Positions 36,501 to 51,603 are shown, counted from the first letter of the stretch. The stretch is 64,000 nucleotides of DNA from Peribolospora baueri (GCA_029717555.1 JAMDHS010000086.1:1-64000); one strand, 5' to 3'. Notes: generated by a model not told the origin, from the letters alone. Numbers and translations: made by a program.

Positions 36501-38434
36501 TCCTCCATCTTCTCCTCCTCCTCGGCGGCAGCCGCATCAGCCGCGGCGTCGGCGAGACCTCTGAGAGCCTCAATGGGAGCAGCGAGGCCGTGGGAAGGTA
36601 GCTCCTCCGCTTCCGCTCGATCCCCCTCCTCCGATCGTAGAACCAGCGAGTGCGGGGGGCGGCGGTGTTCGAAATGTACATCGACCAGAGTCGGACGATG
36701 ATGGGGATCGACAGACTTCGTCGACGTCGAAGCGTTTGGTACAGGGACAGCGGCTATGGCGGTGGCAGAGGGCTGTGCGACGGAAGATGAAGAAGGGAGA
36801 TGGCGGCCAGGATGATGTTGAGGCGGGGGCGTGTGATAGGAGTCTGATGGACGGCGCTGCAGTGACACGGATCTGGAAGGAGGGCTGAAAGCTGTGCTTT
36901 GATGATCGCCGAAAAGAGGGACCCTGGACGAGCCAGAGTGCACATGCATGGGCGTCGGCGGAACTGCCCTAGCGGCAGGGAGCGGAGGAGGCATGGACGC
37001 CAGGTGGGGACCCATTGATCCGCGCGGCGAGAAGGCATACGGCTGCGGTGGCTGATGTAGAGACTGGACGAAGGGGGGCGTGGGGGGCTGCGCCTGCTGC
37101 TGTCGGAAGTGTGGAAGATGGCCGCTTTCGATAGCAGGCGAAATGCGCCCGTCCGGCTGGCTCGCACCACTCCCTCCGCTTCCAGGGGTGTACGGGCTCG
37201 AGGGCACATAGGCGTCGCCGCTGAAGCGGTGCCGAGGACGAACGGGCACGATGGGGTGGGGCACCGGGCCGGAGCGGCGATGACCGACGGACTCCAGGCT
37301 CGCGTTCGGGTTCATGTCCGTCTGCGGGAGAAGATTGTGGTGGGACGGTGGCGGCACGTTGGGGGCAGGAAACGGATGGCTTGGCGGAGCATAGGGTTGC
37401 GCTCCGTTCATGGGAGGTGGTTGATACGCAGAAGCGGTCGGTGAAGCCATCACCGGCTGTGGCGGAGGGTATCGAGAGAAGGGGACAGGTGGCGCCGAAG
37501 GACCAAAGCCATGATGGTGTAGCGCGCCAGATTTAAGGGTGTGTACGAGTTCGGAAAGCATGCCTTGCATCGAGGTCACTTGAGTTTCAAGCGTTCGAAT
37601 GCGTCTACGACGACGAAAACGAGGAGGGATATGAATCAGTCGTTGGCGAGCCATCTGTGGCACATAGCTGTCACCCGAAATGTGGTCCCAGGAAACAGCG
37701 GGAAATCTCACTCTAAGCCGGCATCTCCCAAAGCAGGCTCCCTCGCCGGCTTCTCGAAGATGCACTCGATGCCCGCCGTTCTGCACCGGCGGCAGGGAGC
37801 GTTCTCGGGACCCTCGCACCGCATCTTCTGCTTTCGGCAGGCCGTGCATCTGTGTAAGGACCAACAAGGCGAGAGAAAAAAACGTCAGGCGGGTCTGTAG
37901 CGTAGTCAACGCAATGCAAGCAAGTGCAGACAGGCAGACCACTCACGCTCTTGAGACGAGACCAAGGATGGATTAGACACACCAGAGGAAGTTGAGAGTG
38001 AGAACTCCGCCAGGACAGGCCGAAGACGAGGAACAAACCGACGAACAAGCCGTTCCGCGCACGCACCTATGAACTCTGTTGATGACTCTCAGTCCGTGCC
38101 TCATCGCGATCTCCCCTTTCTCGTTGCCTTGATCGTCGTCGTCTGCGTTACTCCCCGCACCCCTGCTCGTCGCTTCCCCGCCAGTTCCGCCATCGATCCT
38201 CCCTCTGTCCTTTTCTGTCTTAGTCCTCCTCGCCGCCGTTGTTGTCCTGCTCCGATTCCTTCCTCCCCCGCCCGCCCCGCCACTTTTACCTGCACTTGCT
38301 GCACTGTTGTTCAAGGAAGAAGCGGCGCCCCAGTCAGCCGACCCCGAGTCCGATGGCGAACTGGCGGGGCCTCGCTTGCGCTCCCGCGCCTCGACAGCCG
38401 ACGGCGATGGTGCTTCGTGGCCGACTGCGCCCAT
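33600..38434 (-). CDS. Zn(II)2Cys6 fungal transcription factor with middle homology region (priB-like, tentative)
   Basis: Spliced RACTACRKQKMRCEGPENAPCRRCRTAGIECIF; coiled coil RIRTLETQV; MHR FPDVVSKGII, GWLPLGHAIRMAQELG, ARIWCTLFLFDQQ. Start codon uncertain. Confidence 0.85.
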
Positions 38435-39627
38435 GGTCTCGCTGCCACTGCCGACACAGCCGATGCTGCGAGGACCGGGCGGCCGGTCCGAGTTGTTTGT
38501 TGCGAGAGCGGCCTCCGGGTGCGGACGTCTGCGAATGCCCTGCAAACGGGGCGGGTCTGAAGGGAGAGAGCGGAGAGGTAGAGGCCTACAGTGACGAGGT
38601 GGGGTGAGGTGGGGCCAGTTGGTAGGGAGTGTAAGAGGCGAGAGAGCTGCCTGTTCGGCTCAGGTCGAGATGTTGGCGAGATGGTAATTCAGCGCGGCGC
38701 TTGAGTTGGCGAACTGCGGAGACGAGGGTTCATGTGCGGTGTGAGGTGACGCTGCCAACGCCGGTGCGGTGCGATGCAAAGGGATCACAGGCAAGACGTA
38801 GGCTGGGGCAGGCCGAATGGAAAACTGAGGGTCATGTGGTAGCAGCAAAACGGGGTCGAGGTGAGCGGGGCAGTGAGATGAGACAACGGCGGGCTCGGTG
38901 ATACGCCCGGACGCACGGGGTGGGAGATCCGAGTTGGTGTCGTACGATCGTCCGTCGTCGCGGTCGCAGTGGTCAGCTTAGACCGAGGCAGAGGTCAACG
39001 AGCTGACGACGCCGAAGGAAGGGGGTCGGGTGTCGAGCTGAGCGGTCCGAGGTGGTGGTGGTAGCCAAGCAATCCTTGCCGAGCCGCCGCTGCCGGCGTC
39101 AAACACGTGCCGATCAGAGAGAGGAGCCCCGCGCTGGAGATTTAGATGGTGGTACTCTCCGCAGAAGATTGCCGACCGTAGTGGAGGGGACGCCTTTTCA
39201 GCATTCGGCTCCCGAGGAGGGAGTGAGGTAGTTCGAGGAGAGTTCAATGAGGCCATGGTGACGAAAAAACCCACGGCTCTCATTCAAGGTCCAATGAATA
39301 CGGCCCCGGAGAAGACCGGAAGGCGGAGCGCAATACATTCATTCAGGCGGACAGAGAGGTACGCAGACTCAGAGGAGTTTTGTGTAGGGTATGTGTGTGC
39401 ATGAGGAGCGAGGAAAGCGTCTGGTCTATATACGTCAAGTATATTACACCAAGGACGTCTCCGTCCATTCTCAAGTGTCGAGCAATCAAAGTGGGCTGGG
39501 CCGCACAGCGGAAACGGGGGAAGGTAAGGTATGGATAGATGGATCAGAGCAAGGTGAACACGACACAGAAAAAAATCCGAAGGGATACGAAATGCCAAGG
39601 GACACAGGCGTCGGCGAAAGAGGACCT

Positions 39628-41630
39628 TCACAACCACCTGGCGAGCGCAACCGCATCGCTTGTCCTCAGCCCGTCCGGCCCCCCAGCAGCCATGCCCATC
39701 CCGCCGTCCCTCACACCACGGTAGTAGCCCTCCACCTTCCCATCCGACTCTTCTCCATCCCCGACACCTTCGCCTTCTGCTCGCGCGCGCACGAAGCCCA
39801 GAGACGAGTAAAGGGACAGCGCCGGCAAGTTGAGAGCGTGCACGTGAAGGGTGGCGCGGAGACGAGGGGCGTCGGGAAGAGCGGTCCGGAGGCCGACGTC
39901 ACCTCGTCCGCATCTGAAGCCGTTGCTGCTGCTGTTCAGCACCCTCTGGAACAGCTCCTCCAGCAGTCGTCTGGCCACTCCTTTTCTTCGCGCTGTGCCG
40001 CTCACCGCCAGGGTAAGGACGTGGAGCTCGTGAAACTCGTCCTCGTCGACGAGCCTCGGGGAGCGGAGCCCGGAGGAGGCGGGAGAGCGGCTTTCAAAGA
40101 GCCGGGCGCTGACGCAGCCCACGACGTTCCGCTTGGGAGGAGAGAGGCGAGAGGATGGGCGACGGGAAAGCACCGGCGACGTAGAAAGTGGGGAGGAAGA
40201 GGCGGAAGTGGGAGTAGAACTAGAGGCCAGGACAGCGTGGCGATAATAGAATGATATGGAGAAAGGCGAGCGAGGAGGGGCCCAAAGAGGCTCTTCGTCA
40301 TCTCCTTTCGTTCCTGCTGCAGCCTCCTGAGTCCCGTCCGCCGGTGATGATGAACGAGTGCTGGAAGAGGAGCAGGGCTCATTATGCTCAACCTCGGCGA
40401 CGAGGCAGAGATGGGAAGGGTCGGTGAGCAGACGAAGGAGGAAGCCGGTCGAGGTAGCGTACTCGTCCGAACGTTTGATCTGTCATCGGCACGGGAACGA
40501 TGGGGCAAAGAAAAGCGACGAGGGAAGACAACGATTGATCATTAGCAGTCAACGGTAGCAGGTGAAGAAGGCCTTCAGCGAGGAGAACGGTTATGTGACA
40601 CGACGCGAACCAGAGACAGGTACAAGGAAAAAGGAAGGAAGCAGGATACAAGGGATAGCCGTGAAGGCAATGATGATACAACTTGGGATGAGGAAGCAAG
40701 AAGACGATGTGATGGAGAGAAAGGGGAAGAGAAACACAAGCGCCCGCCAGGCCCCAACTCGGTCGTTCGTCGAACGACAACGGCACCTCCCCGTCATCAT
40801 TGGGGAAGCGTAAGGACATTTTAAACGAAACTCACGATCTCTGCATCCATCCCGTCCTCCTCCTCTCCGTGCAGTGCCGATGCGTGCAGGTTCCTGACGC
40901 GCTCCAGGTCGTCCCTGTGCATGGGGCGCACTTTAACGTTGGCAGCATGATGGGTGCGGTCGCCGCCGCCCGTTTCCTGGGAGTTGTTGACGTTGCAACG
41001 GTTGATGGCATCTGCTCCAGTCCCAACTAAGACGTGTTGGCGGTCAGATTCCTCTTCGCCAACGAGGCCCGACGCGTCCTTTGCACCGCCAGGGTAGAAA
41101 ACGCCGCGACCGACGGGGGCTACGAGGGGCGAGGCAGGCTCGCGCAGGCTGGAAGGCGCAAGGCTCGCGGGGGAGGTGCTCAGGCTCGGCGGCGTGTTGT
41201 CGCTGTCGTCTTCTTCGACACACCAAGCCCTTCCCGCAGGGTGAGCCACCGCCTGAGGCGATGGGATGGCAACGTCAGGTGCGAAGACGAGGTCGCTGTG
41301 AATAGCAGAGGGAACCCCGGAAGCGGTTGACGAGGCGCTGTCCCGTCGCGCGGAGGGCGCAAAGGGGAAGGGGACAAGTGTCCTGCGAAGGTCGCCTATG
41401 GTCGACGGGCCGGCCCCACTCTCCTCTTCGTCCCAGGCCGGGCCCTCGTTCTGCCCCCCGAGCACGCTCGCTTCGTTCTCTGGCTCGGGGAGCGAAGCTG
41501 GAGTTTGAGTGCTGGCGGGAGGGCCATCGAAATAGGTCGTCTGGCTGGGAGCGCTTGGAGCGGGAGACGGCGGACCCAGGGCGGGTAACCAGGAGGTGAA
41601 GAGCGGCTGACGGCGGTGCTGGCGAGACAT
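39628..41630 (-). CDS. GNAT-family N-acetyltransferase (Naa50/Naa60-like)
   Basis: VKVRPMHRDDLERVRNLH, VVGCVSARL, LHVLTLAVSGTARRKGVARRLL (acetyl-CoA motif A), TLHVHALNLPALSLYSSLGF and GYY. Confidence 0.75.
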
Positions 41631-42505
41631 GGCTACAAGACGGCGGTTGTTTGGCGTGAAGATGGGAGTGGGTGCGTATTCGATCCTGGCAAATGTGAAG
41701 AGGAAGAATGACAGACAAGAGGGTCTAACTGGCGAGCGTCGCAAGAGATGAGAAGAATGATAGAAGTGAGCGACAGAGAGGTGGGATGATAGGCTACAGA
41801 GTGGTCAAGAGGAAATCAATCGTGCTGTGTCGTGGCCGGTGGTAGTTCTTGTTAAGGGGCCGTTCCAGACGGAGGTCCAGCGGCCCCATATATGTAGCAG
41901 GCGAGTGGGCAGCAGACCGAAACGGCGACGCCCAGTATGGGCGATGTAGTTATGGAGGGGGAGCCAGAGCTGAGGTCGGTGCTTGGTCGACGCGGGGTTG
42001 AGGTGATCGAGCGTGACAATATCAGAGCGAGTTTGTCCGAGCGGCCCGTCCCGATTTCACCCGCGCACTCGGCCAGAGCCAGCCAGAGTGGATGTGAGCG
42101 TCAGCGGGCGTTTCACAAGGTTGCGCTCTTTACGACATAGACATGGACGTATCTCATGTCTAAAAGAGGAAAGCAGCCCAGGCGATGACGCCGCGAGCTT
42201 CATGTGCTTCCTGCATCAAGCCGTCCGGAAGATCGCGCAGTGACGTGCTTTTCGGGTGGATGGAGACAACACTCTCGGGGGTGAGACAGACAGACGTGCG
42301 GTGCGGGGCGAAGAAGCGCTGATGAGTTTCAGATCTCGCCCCTAAACGTGAGTAAAAAAGAAGTAAGGCTAGAACACGTCACACACAAGCGACACCTGGT
42401 TGCAAAGCTTTCGTAGCATTCAGCGGAAGCCTGCGTGGAAAACGGGGCAGTTTACATGTGAAAAGGCCGGCAAGCCATCCGGTCGCCCGCGCCAGGGTGT
42501 CGTCC

Positions 42506-44398
<1,893 letters not shown>

Positions 44399-44614
44399 AG
44401 CCACTCGTGCTTGTATGTCACCGCCGCCTTTGCTCACCAACTGTCATTGCATCTGGGTTGCGCTCATTGACTGCGGCAGGCCACCGCAGTTTCTTGTGCA
44501 CTGACCACTCGCACTTACGGACGTGCTTCCTTGAAGGGCGAGCAAGTCCCATCGTGCCTCCACCGTCCACCCTCTTTCTCGCCTTTCTCTCCTTTCATCC
44601 TCCTTGGTGCAGTA

Positions 44615-45396
44615 ATGCTGTTTTGCCCGACCTGCGCTAACATCCTTCTCGTGCAAAAGGGCGACGACGGGCTGAACAAGTGGGGCTGCCCCACTTGTCC
44701 CTACGAGTTCCCCATCGAGAAGCAGGTGAGCCAGTGAGCCGGCCACGTAGTCGTACCTCCCGCTCGCATCACTTCTCAACTCTCGCGCGTGCTTTCACTT
44801 TGGCCTGATCCCTCCCTTCTCTTAACCTTCGTTTGACTCGCCGTTTCCAGATGACTTCCCGCCTCCGTCTGAAGCGCAAAGAGATTGACGACGTTCTTGG
44901 CGGCGAGGAAGCTTGGAAGGGCGTGGACCAGACAGAGGGTGCGTAACCTCGGTTTTTGCGTGCATCTCGCTGCAGGGCCCGAGTCTACCTTGTCAGTCTG
45001 CCAGTTGGTCAGCCGACGTGCCAACAATCCGTACTCGCCTCTGCCGCCTTCCCTCCCTGTTGCAGCCATCTGTCCCAAGTGCGAGAACCAGCGCGCATTC
45101 TACCGTCAGCTGCAGATCCGATCGGCAGACGAGCCAAGTGGGTCTTTTACTTTGTTTTCCGTCGTCGTGCATGCTCATTGTGCACATGTGTTGAATGTCC
45201 ATCTTCACGTCTTCGTCTGCCTTTTCGTTTACCATCATTTCGCAGTGACGACTTTCTACAAGTGTGTAGCATCGATTCCTCCATTACGATAGCGCGATCG
45301 AAAATCCCTGTTGCTGACTGCTCTCCGAACATCCTACTGTTTATCCCATCCAGATGCACAAATGCGCAGTGCGGTCATCAATGGCGTGAGAACTAA
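44615..45396 (+). CDS. RPC11: RNA polymerase III subunit C11 (POLR3K)
   Basis: MLFCPTCANIL..CPTCPYEF; EIDDVLGGEEAW; CPKC..AFYRQLQIRSADEP|MTTFYK|C..CGHQWREN*. Confidence 0.95.
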
Positions 45397-45615
45397 CATC
45401 CTCTTCGCCCCTTGCAACGGTTCGAGACCTTTCTTGCATGGTCATGGTCGGGACGAGACGGATGACAGCAATGCATGTACGATAGAACGTTTTTGTAAGA
45501 CTAGTCTCATCCACATGGCGAACCGGTCATTGGAAGAGGGTTTTTTTTTCACGCAGCACATAAATATACCGCAGACTGATCAAGTCTCCAGGCTTGCCCT
45601 CTAAAAACCGAAAAT

Positions 45616-48600
45616 CTACCCAACCGACCCTGCCTCGGCTCCAGCCCCCGAATACTCCTCCACTGTCATCGGATCCGCAGTCGCCGAATCTTCGCTCGCT
45701 CGCACATCACCCGCAACGGGGGCCTCCGATGGATTCGGCGTCCGCGGCGTTGAGAGCTGGCCAAGGTCAAACCCCGCGCAAGTGAGGGGGGCGACAGTCA
45801 GGATAGTCTCTCATGCGTGAGTTGGATGCCAACTATTTATATATTTGCTCACAGAGACGATAAACGACGCAGATACCGGCTTATGATCCGAACCTAGCAG
45901 TTCTGGATGGCTCGTGTAGCTGATCAGCTTGACACCACCGGGACGTCGATGAGCGTGCCATAGAATTCGGTCAGTCCAAGCCGGAATCCGTCGCTTCTCG
46001 CTGAAGGGGTAAAATACGAGGGCCTTTGAACACTCTCGAGCTCTCCGGTTGGTCACGAACGCAAGGGTGTGCCCACCTCGTATCAAAGATATTCGTGCCC
46101 ACCTGTGCAAGTGGGTGATGTGATATCGATTAGCAGGTATCAACAAGGACTTGACGACCGTGCCAAACTCACGTCGTACTTGAACGTCGGAGGGAAGCGA
46201 ATTTCTCCCTCCATGAAATTCGCAAATGCAGCTCCGAGCCTTTTCTGAGCGTGGAGCTGCCATCCCGTGCAAATATACAGTGGTGAGACAGCAGATTTGG
46301 ACGGTTACGGTGGTTGCGAGGATGAAAAAAAGAACGAGATCGCTCACCTGATCGAATTTGAGTAGAACACTGTACTGTTTGCGTTGCAGCAGCCGTTTCA
46401 CCTCATTGATGCTCAGATCCATGCGGTAATTCAGGTCACCAAACCAGAAGATGTAGCTTGCGGGTAGGCGGAAAAACGTAAAGAGAAGGCGTGAGACGGG
46501 TTATAGCCAATTAGCCAGCCCAGGTAGCTTCCTCCATTAAAAGGGGACTCACTGGCTGTCAAACATGGAGAGTCGGCCCGGCACAGTAGGCACTTCGTCG
46601 CCCCCCGTGAGCCGATCCGCGTCGAACGGACTGGTGCCTTCTCCTCTCGGGAACGTCAACCGTTTGATAACCTCGTTGTGATCCCAATTTCTTCGCTCGA
46701 CTTGATCGTGAAAGGCGGCCAGATGCGAATTGACGAAGGTTACGTAGGTGCCGGCGCTTTGAGTCGACCCGCTTTCTTCGTCCTTCCCTTCCACCTCTCC
46801 ACTACCGTCGTCCGCATCTACTCTGAAGCGCACGCCCACCGCACCCTTGTTGCCTGTCCATCCGCCCCAGCCCAGAGAGACTGAGCTAACGCTGATGTCG
46901 GAGATTTTCGAGACGACGGCATCGCTAGCATAGACTAGGAGGAGAACGCCAACGAGTTGCTTCGAGGCGATCTGCCACAACGAGAACTATGTGTTGGCTG
47001 AGGGTTAATTAGCGAAGGATCGCAGTGAAGGTGTCTCACCTTCGTATACTGTGACTGCAGTGGACCCAAGCCAGCCATTATGGCTTCATTCCAGGCTTGC
47101 TCTCGAAAGGGCGTCCAATAGAGGTACGCTTCCGTGCTAAGATCAAGCTCTTGAAAGCTTAAGAGGAGAGCAAAGGTACGGCCTCAGTGTCAGCCATGTT
47201 CCAGATTGTTGGCACAGCTACGAATGCTGTCTCACCCTAGCACAAGAAAATCAGGGTGCGAGTCGGCCTGCAGCCAAGACGAGATGTCTTCCTCCGGTAA
47301 GCGACCATTCACGTTCCATGTCCCAATTCGGACCCTGCCATGCGAGCCAAAGAGAATCAATAAAAAGGGCACAATAAAGAGGACGTAACCCAACTCCGTA
47401 AAGAATGACGTTTTATACCTCAAAATAGTGACGCTCACTTCATATATTCTAACCCCGAAGATTCGCCTAACCCGTCTCCCGACTTAGCAGGTAGAGAAGC
47501 ATCTGCTACAAAGATGCACATACGTCAGCCCATGCTCACGAGGCCGTGCTAAGTATAGCACGGGATCGGTTCTCTGCATCGTGAGAATATATTATGCAAG
47601 AGTGATAGAGGTAATCTGCGTCCGATTGTCGAGGTGTTGCTCACAATTCGAGGATGCTGGAAGCGGCCTCTTGCTAGCGGAAGGAGGCAATCGCGACCAA
47701 TAGGCGGCGGTCCACGCGTGACTGCCACTTTCTTTGGTAAACTTTTGCTCTTCTTAGAGCGGTCGGTGGAAGGAAAGTTGTTATGAGTACAAGAGCGGCA
47801 TGGGAGTGAGGTAGGCGAATGAAAGCTTACTTGCTATCGCAACTAGATCTTTAGTGATGACAATGAAGTCCCTCAAAGTCTGACTGTAGCAATCAGCGGC
47901 GAGTACTTTCTGTATGTTAGTGTCGCGTCCAATAAGAACGTCATCCAACCGGCCCGATTGCAATCAACAGACGTTGACAGATCCTACCTCCCGCTATGCA
48001 ACTCACCTGTCAGTGGATATGCCGCTCGCTTCCATGCCTTCAGACGAGACTATGAATTGGAAATCGGCTGTAAATGAACACCAGAGAGAAATGAGCGTCA
48101 GACAGAAGTTGCCAGGACCGGAGACGAGTCGATAAAAAGACTTACCGGAACGCTTCGAGTTGCCTAGCAGGGCAGCCGTCAAAGCCTCTTGTGCAGCCGA
48201 AGCAGACTGGACCTGGGACATGGTAACCTTAAAATCTTGATACTAAGAGAACAGTACGCATGGGGCATTCAATTTAGGTAACCTCAACGATATGCGCTCA
48301 ACTGTCCATAGAGACGAGAGGTTTCGCTCACGATGGGTATAATGCCGACAACGACGGCTTGTTTGGGGTCGTTTTTCCGCAAACGGAAAATAAACACGCT
48401 ATAGTAGTCCCAAGCGAGATCAATGGGGGTGTCAGCCTCTTTCTAAGTAAAGACCACCACCCATGCTTAGACCAGCTGCACTGCTCGGGCGCCCGGCCCC
48501 GACACCGGAAGATGACCCACCACGCCTCTTCTACATCCCTATCCACGTTGCTGACCACTGCAAATATTCGTCGCTGGGTGAAGCTCTCCGCTGACCCGTC

Positions 48601-48785
48601 GCTCACTTCCATGTCCGCCTCAAAAGCGAGTTTGACGTGCTCTGTGGAGCCAGAACAATGCAGGCCACGCCGTGTGAGCGGAGTCGAGCGGCCGCTTTAA
48701 GGACTTAAAACTCGCTTCATTATGGAACTTGAGGCGCACCGCTTGGTCGCAGAGCGCCCGCTATAGGCATGTAAGGGTCGTTCAT
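45616..48785 (-). CDS. Inositol polyphosphate 5-phosphatase, INPP5B/OCRL-like, many small exons
   Basis: GTWNVNG, FQELDLS, GNKGAVG, FVNSHLAA, WFGDLNYR, FPPTFKYD, PAWTDRILW and SDHKPV; the frame can be kept open across all introns. Confidence 0.9.
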
Positions 48786-49041
48786 GTCGCTAAGATGGCA
48801 TGGCAACGACGAAGCTTGGGTGGAGAGAAAGAGGTTGCACGCACATCTCGTGATCTTCGAAGGAGCTACCCCAATAACTGGATGTTCGGAAGTAGACGGA
48901 GATAGACGGCTGTAGCACCGTCCACAGGCTTTTGGTCATCTGCTTGAGCGACTGGGAAGAAGAGATCTGAGCAGGGTCAACTCACTCCACTCATCTACCC
49001 CCTTCCCTTACTCGCCCGGCTCGGGCGTGTCCATCACAGAA

Positions 49042-51327
49042 ATGCCGAGGGCATCCAGCTCTTCTTCATCCGGAACAAAGGGCCTTTCGCCCTTTGAAGC
49101 CAGGCTCTACGATGTTTGCCTCAACGCTCCTGGCTCGGTGAGTGTAGCTCGGACATTTATGATTGCGACCGCGGGCCGAGCGTCTGCCAGAGCCCTGCTA
49201 GACGAGAAGCCTTGGAGATGACTCGGCCTGACGCTTCCTTTGTCACGGCGTTGGTCACCGTTTTACAGCTTCTCATGCAGGAGGATCTCTCTACACGTTT
49301 CGCAGACGTCGAGATTGCAGATCGGCTAGCTGCCGTCAACGGGTTGTTGCGCAAGGTGAGAGGCGGAACTGTATGATGTGTCACCGATAGGGCTTCATCT
49401 GATCTCGAGCTTCTTGTTTGTGCCTTGGTCCGTGTCTTCTTCAGGGACTTCTTCGAGTGCTGCAAACCAAAGCGGGACCTCAATACAAGGCGGTCGCCAA
49501 GACCGAAGCAAAGGCGTGAGTGTGCGGCGCCTTTCCTACAACTGGTTTCAGCGACTAACTTTCCTTTCTGACTACCCCGTGTCACAGGGCAAACGCTCTT
49601 GAGCGCGATGAGCAACTGCTTTACGAGCACATCCGGGAATCTGGGAATGAAGGTGAGTCCGTAACTAAAGTGGAGTTGACATGAGATTACTCTTACCATC
49701 CGTGCCTCCCTCTCCTGACCTTCCACCCTGCTCCCTCCGCAGGCATTTGGACGCGAACTCTGAAGGTCCGGACAGGACTTCACCAGACGCTCATTACTCG
49801 CTATCTCAAGTCGCTGGAGCAGAAGCAGATGATCAAAAGCGTCAAGTCCGTCAAGCATCCGACACGCAAGCTGTACATGCTCTACAACCTTACACCTTCG
49901 ACGGAACTGACCGGTGGACCTTGGTATACCGACAATGAACTGGATACAGAGTTCATCAGCTTTGTGTCCAAAGCTTGCTTGGCCTTTATCAGGGAGAGGG
50001 TGAGCCAGCTCGTACATTTACTTCGCTAATGGCTCCTCTGTTCACACCACGTGCATATCGCTTCCCATCATCCCAGTCCTTTCCCAAGGGCGGCTCTTCC
50101 GATGCTCTTTTCCCCACGTCACGCACGGCAAGCCTACCCACCATCGCACAAGTGCGCCAGTTCATCAAATCATCCGGCATCACGGACGTCAACTTGGAGC
50201 CGGAACACATTGAAGCGCTCTTAGACGTACTCGTTTACGACGGGGAGCTGGAGAAGATTCCCATCATCCCTCGAGCTGCGGTCGGCAGAGCTGACGACGA
50301 GGAGTGGAAAGAGGGTTCCAGACCGGGCTGGGAGAGCGTGGATGAGTCCAGCAGCAGTAGGAGCAGGAGTGGCGGCAGCAGCGAGAGCGAGTCGGAGAGC
50401 GTGAGCGACAGTGAGAGCTCGACAGGAACACGAAGCAAGTCGAGTTCGGCCTCGGCGAGCGTGAGTGGAAGCGCTTCCGACTCGTCCGTTTCAGACTCGG
50501 CGTCCGACTCTGGTTCCGTATCTGGTTCGGTCAGCGGAAGCGAGAGCGGGAGCAAGAAGCGAAAGCGTTCGAGTTCCAAGTCGAGCAAGCGTCACCGGTC
50601 ATCAAAGGACAAAAGGCACCGCTTACGAAGCCATTCCCGGTCTTCACACTCGTCAAGACATAGGCATAGGTCATCATCGTCGCGGCGCAGGAGGGAGAAG
50701 GAGCGGGAACGGAGGAGAAAGGAGCGGAAAGGGTCGTCGAAGAGGAAGAGCTCCCGGTCGTCCTCCAAGCCGTCCAGATCCAAGTCAAAGTCGAAGGACA
50801 AGCACAAGCACAAGGAGCGACGCGAGTCTTCCAAATCCAAGTCCCGAAGGCTGGATAGGACGCCGTCTCCTCTACCGGTGGAGACGATGGCCGACGGAAC
50901 GACGCTGGAATCCTCCGGTATGCCGTTCGTCTACCGCGCCATCCGTCCTGAGCGCATTCCCCTGGGCTGGACTCAGGCTCCGTGCGGGCAGTGTCCGATC
51001 TTCGACTTTTGCGCCACGGGCGGGCCTGTGAATCCTGGCAACTGCCGGTACTACGACGATTGGCTGGAGCTCAACGTGAAAGTCAAGGTGCCGGGGAAGA
51101 GTAGGCGAGGAGCGGGGGTGGGGAAGGGTGAAGGAGCAGAAGCGGAGGAAGGGGCGAATGGGATAGGGAAGGCTAGTGTGGAGGTCGAGCTGGAAGAGCC
51201 GGAAGTGGAAAGGGAAGAGGATGGGATGGATGAAGACTTGCATGGGGAGGTGGTGGTGGAAGATGCCGAGAACGGGTGGGAGGAGGCAGACGACTATGCT
51301 ATGGCGGACCAATCGGGCGAGTGGTAG
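49042..51327 (+). CDS. RPC34: RNA polymerase III subunit C34 (POLR3F/RPC6)
   Basis: SGNEGIWTRTLK, IKSVKSVKHPTRKLYMLYNLTPSTELTGGPWYTDNELDTEFI, LLDVLVYDG, and C-terminal PCGQCPIFDFC..GPVNPGNCRYYDDWL Cys cluster. Confidence 0.93.
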
Positions 51328-51603
51328 TTCAGCAGTGGAAGCATCTCGCATCTCTGCCTCACGATTCGACCCTTCAGCATCCGGACCGTCGCGCATACTT
51401 GGACTTCTTTATCCACCCATTCTGTCAATCTGTCCATCCACCTATCCATCCATTCATGCTTCCATGGCTAGCACCCTTATTTCCCCGCACTCAGTAGACT
51501 CGCGCTCACAATGTATTCTATACCTCTCCGCGTGAGCGGGATCATCATTGCACTTCACTCCGCCAAAATCCGCGCCGAGGTGGCGGCAAAGCAGAGGACG
51601 TTC

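Noticed and set aside
42305..42342. CTGATGAG inside a GGGGCGA..TCGCCCC hairpin, resembling a hammerhead ribozyme core (similar motif at about 32318 on the minus strand)
   Set aside because: No GAAA after stem II and no three-way junction could be built
46150..46260. Apparent frameshift in the 5-phosphatase suggested by the ORF track
   Set aside because: Resolved by introns: exon LHAQKRLGAAFANFMEGEIRFPPTFKYD is in frame, so it is not a pseudogene
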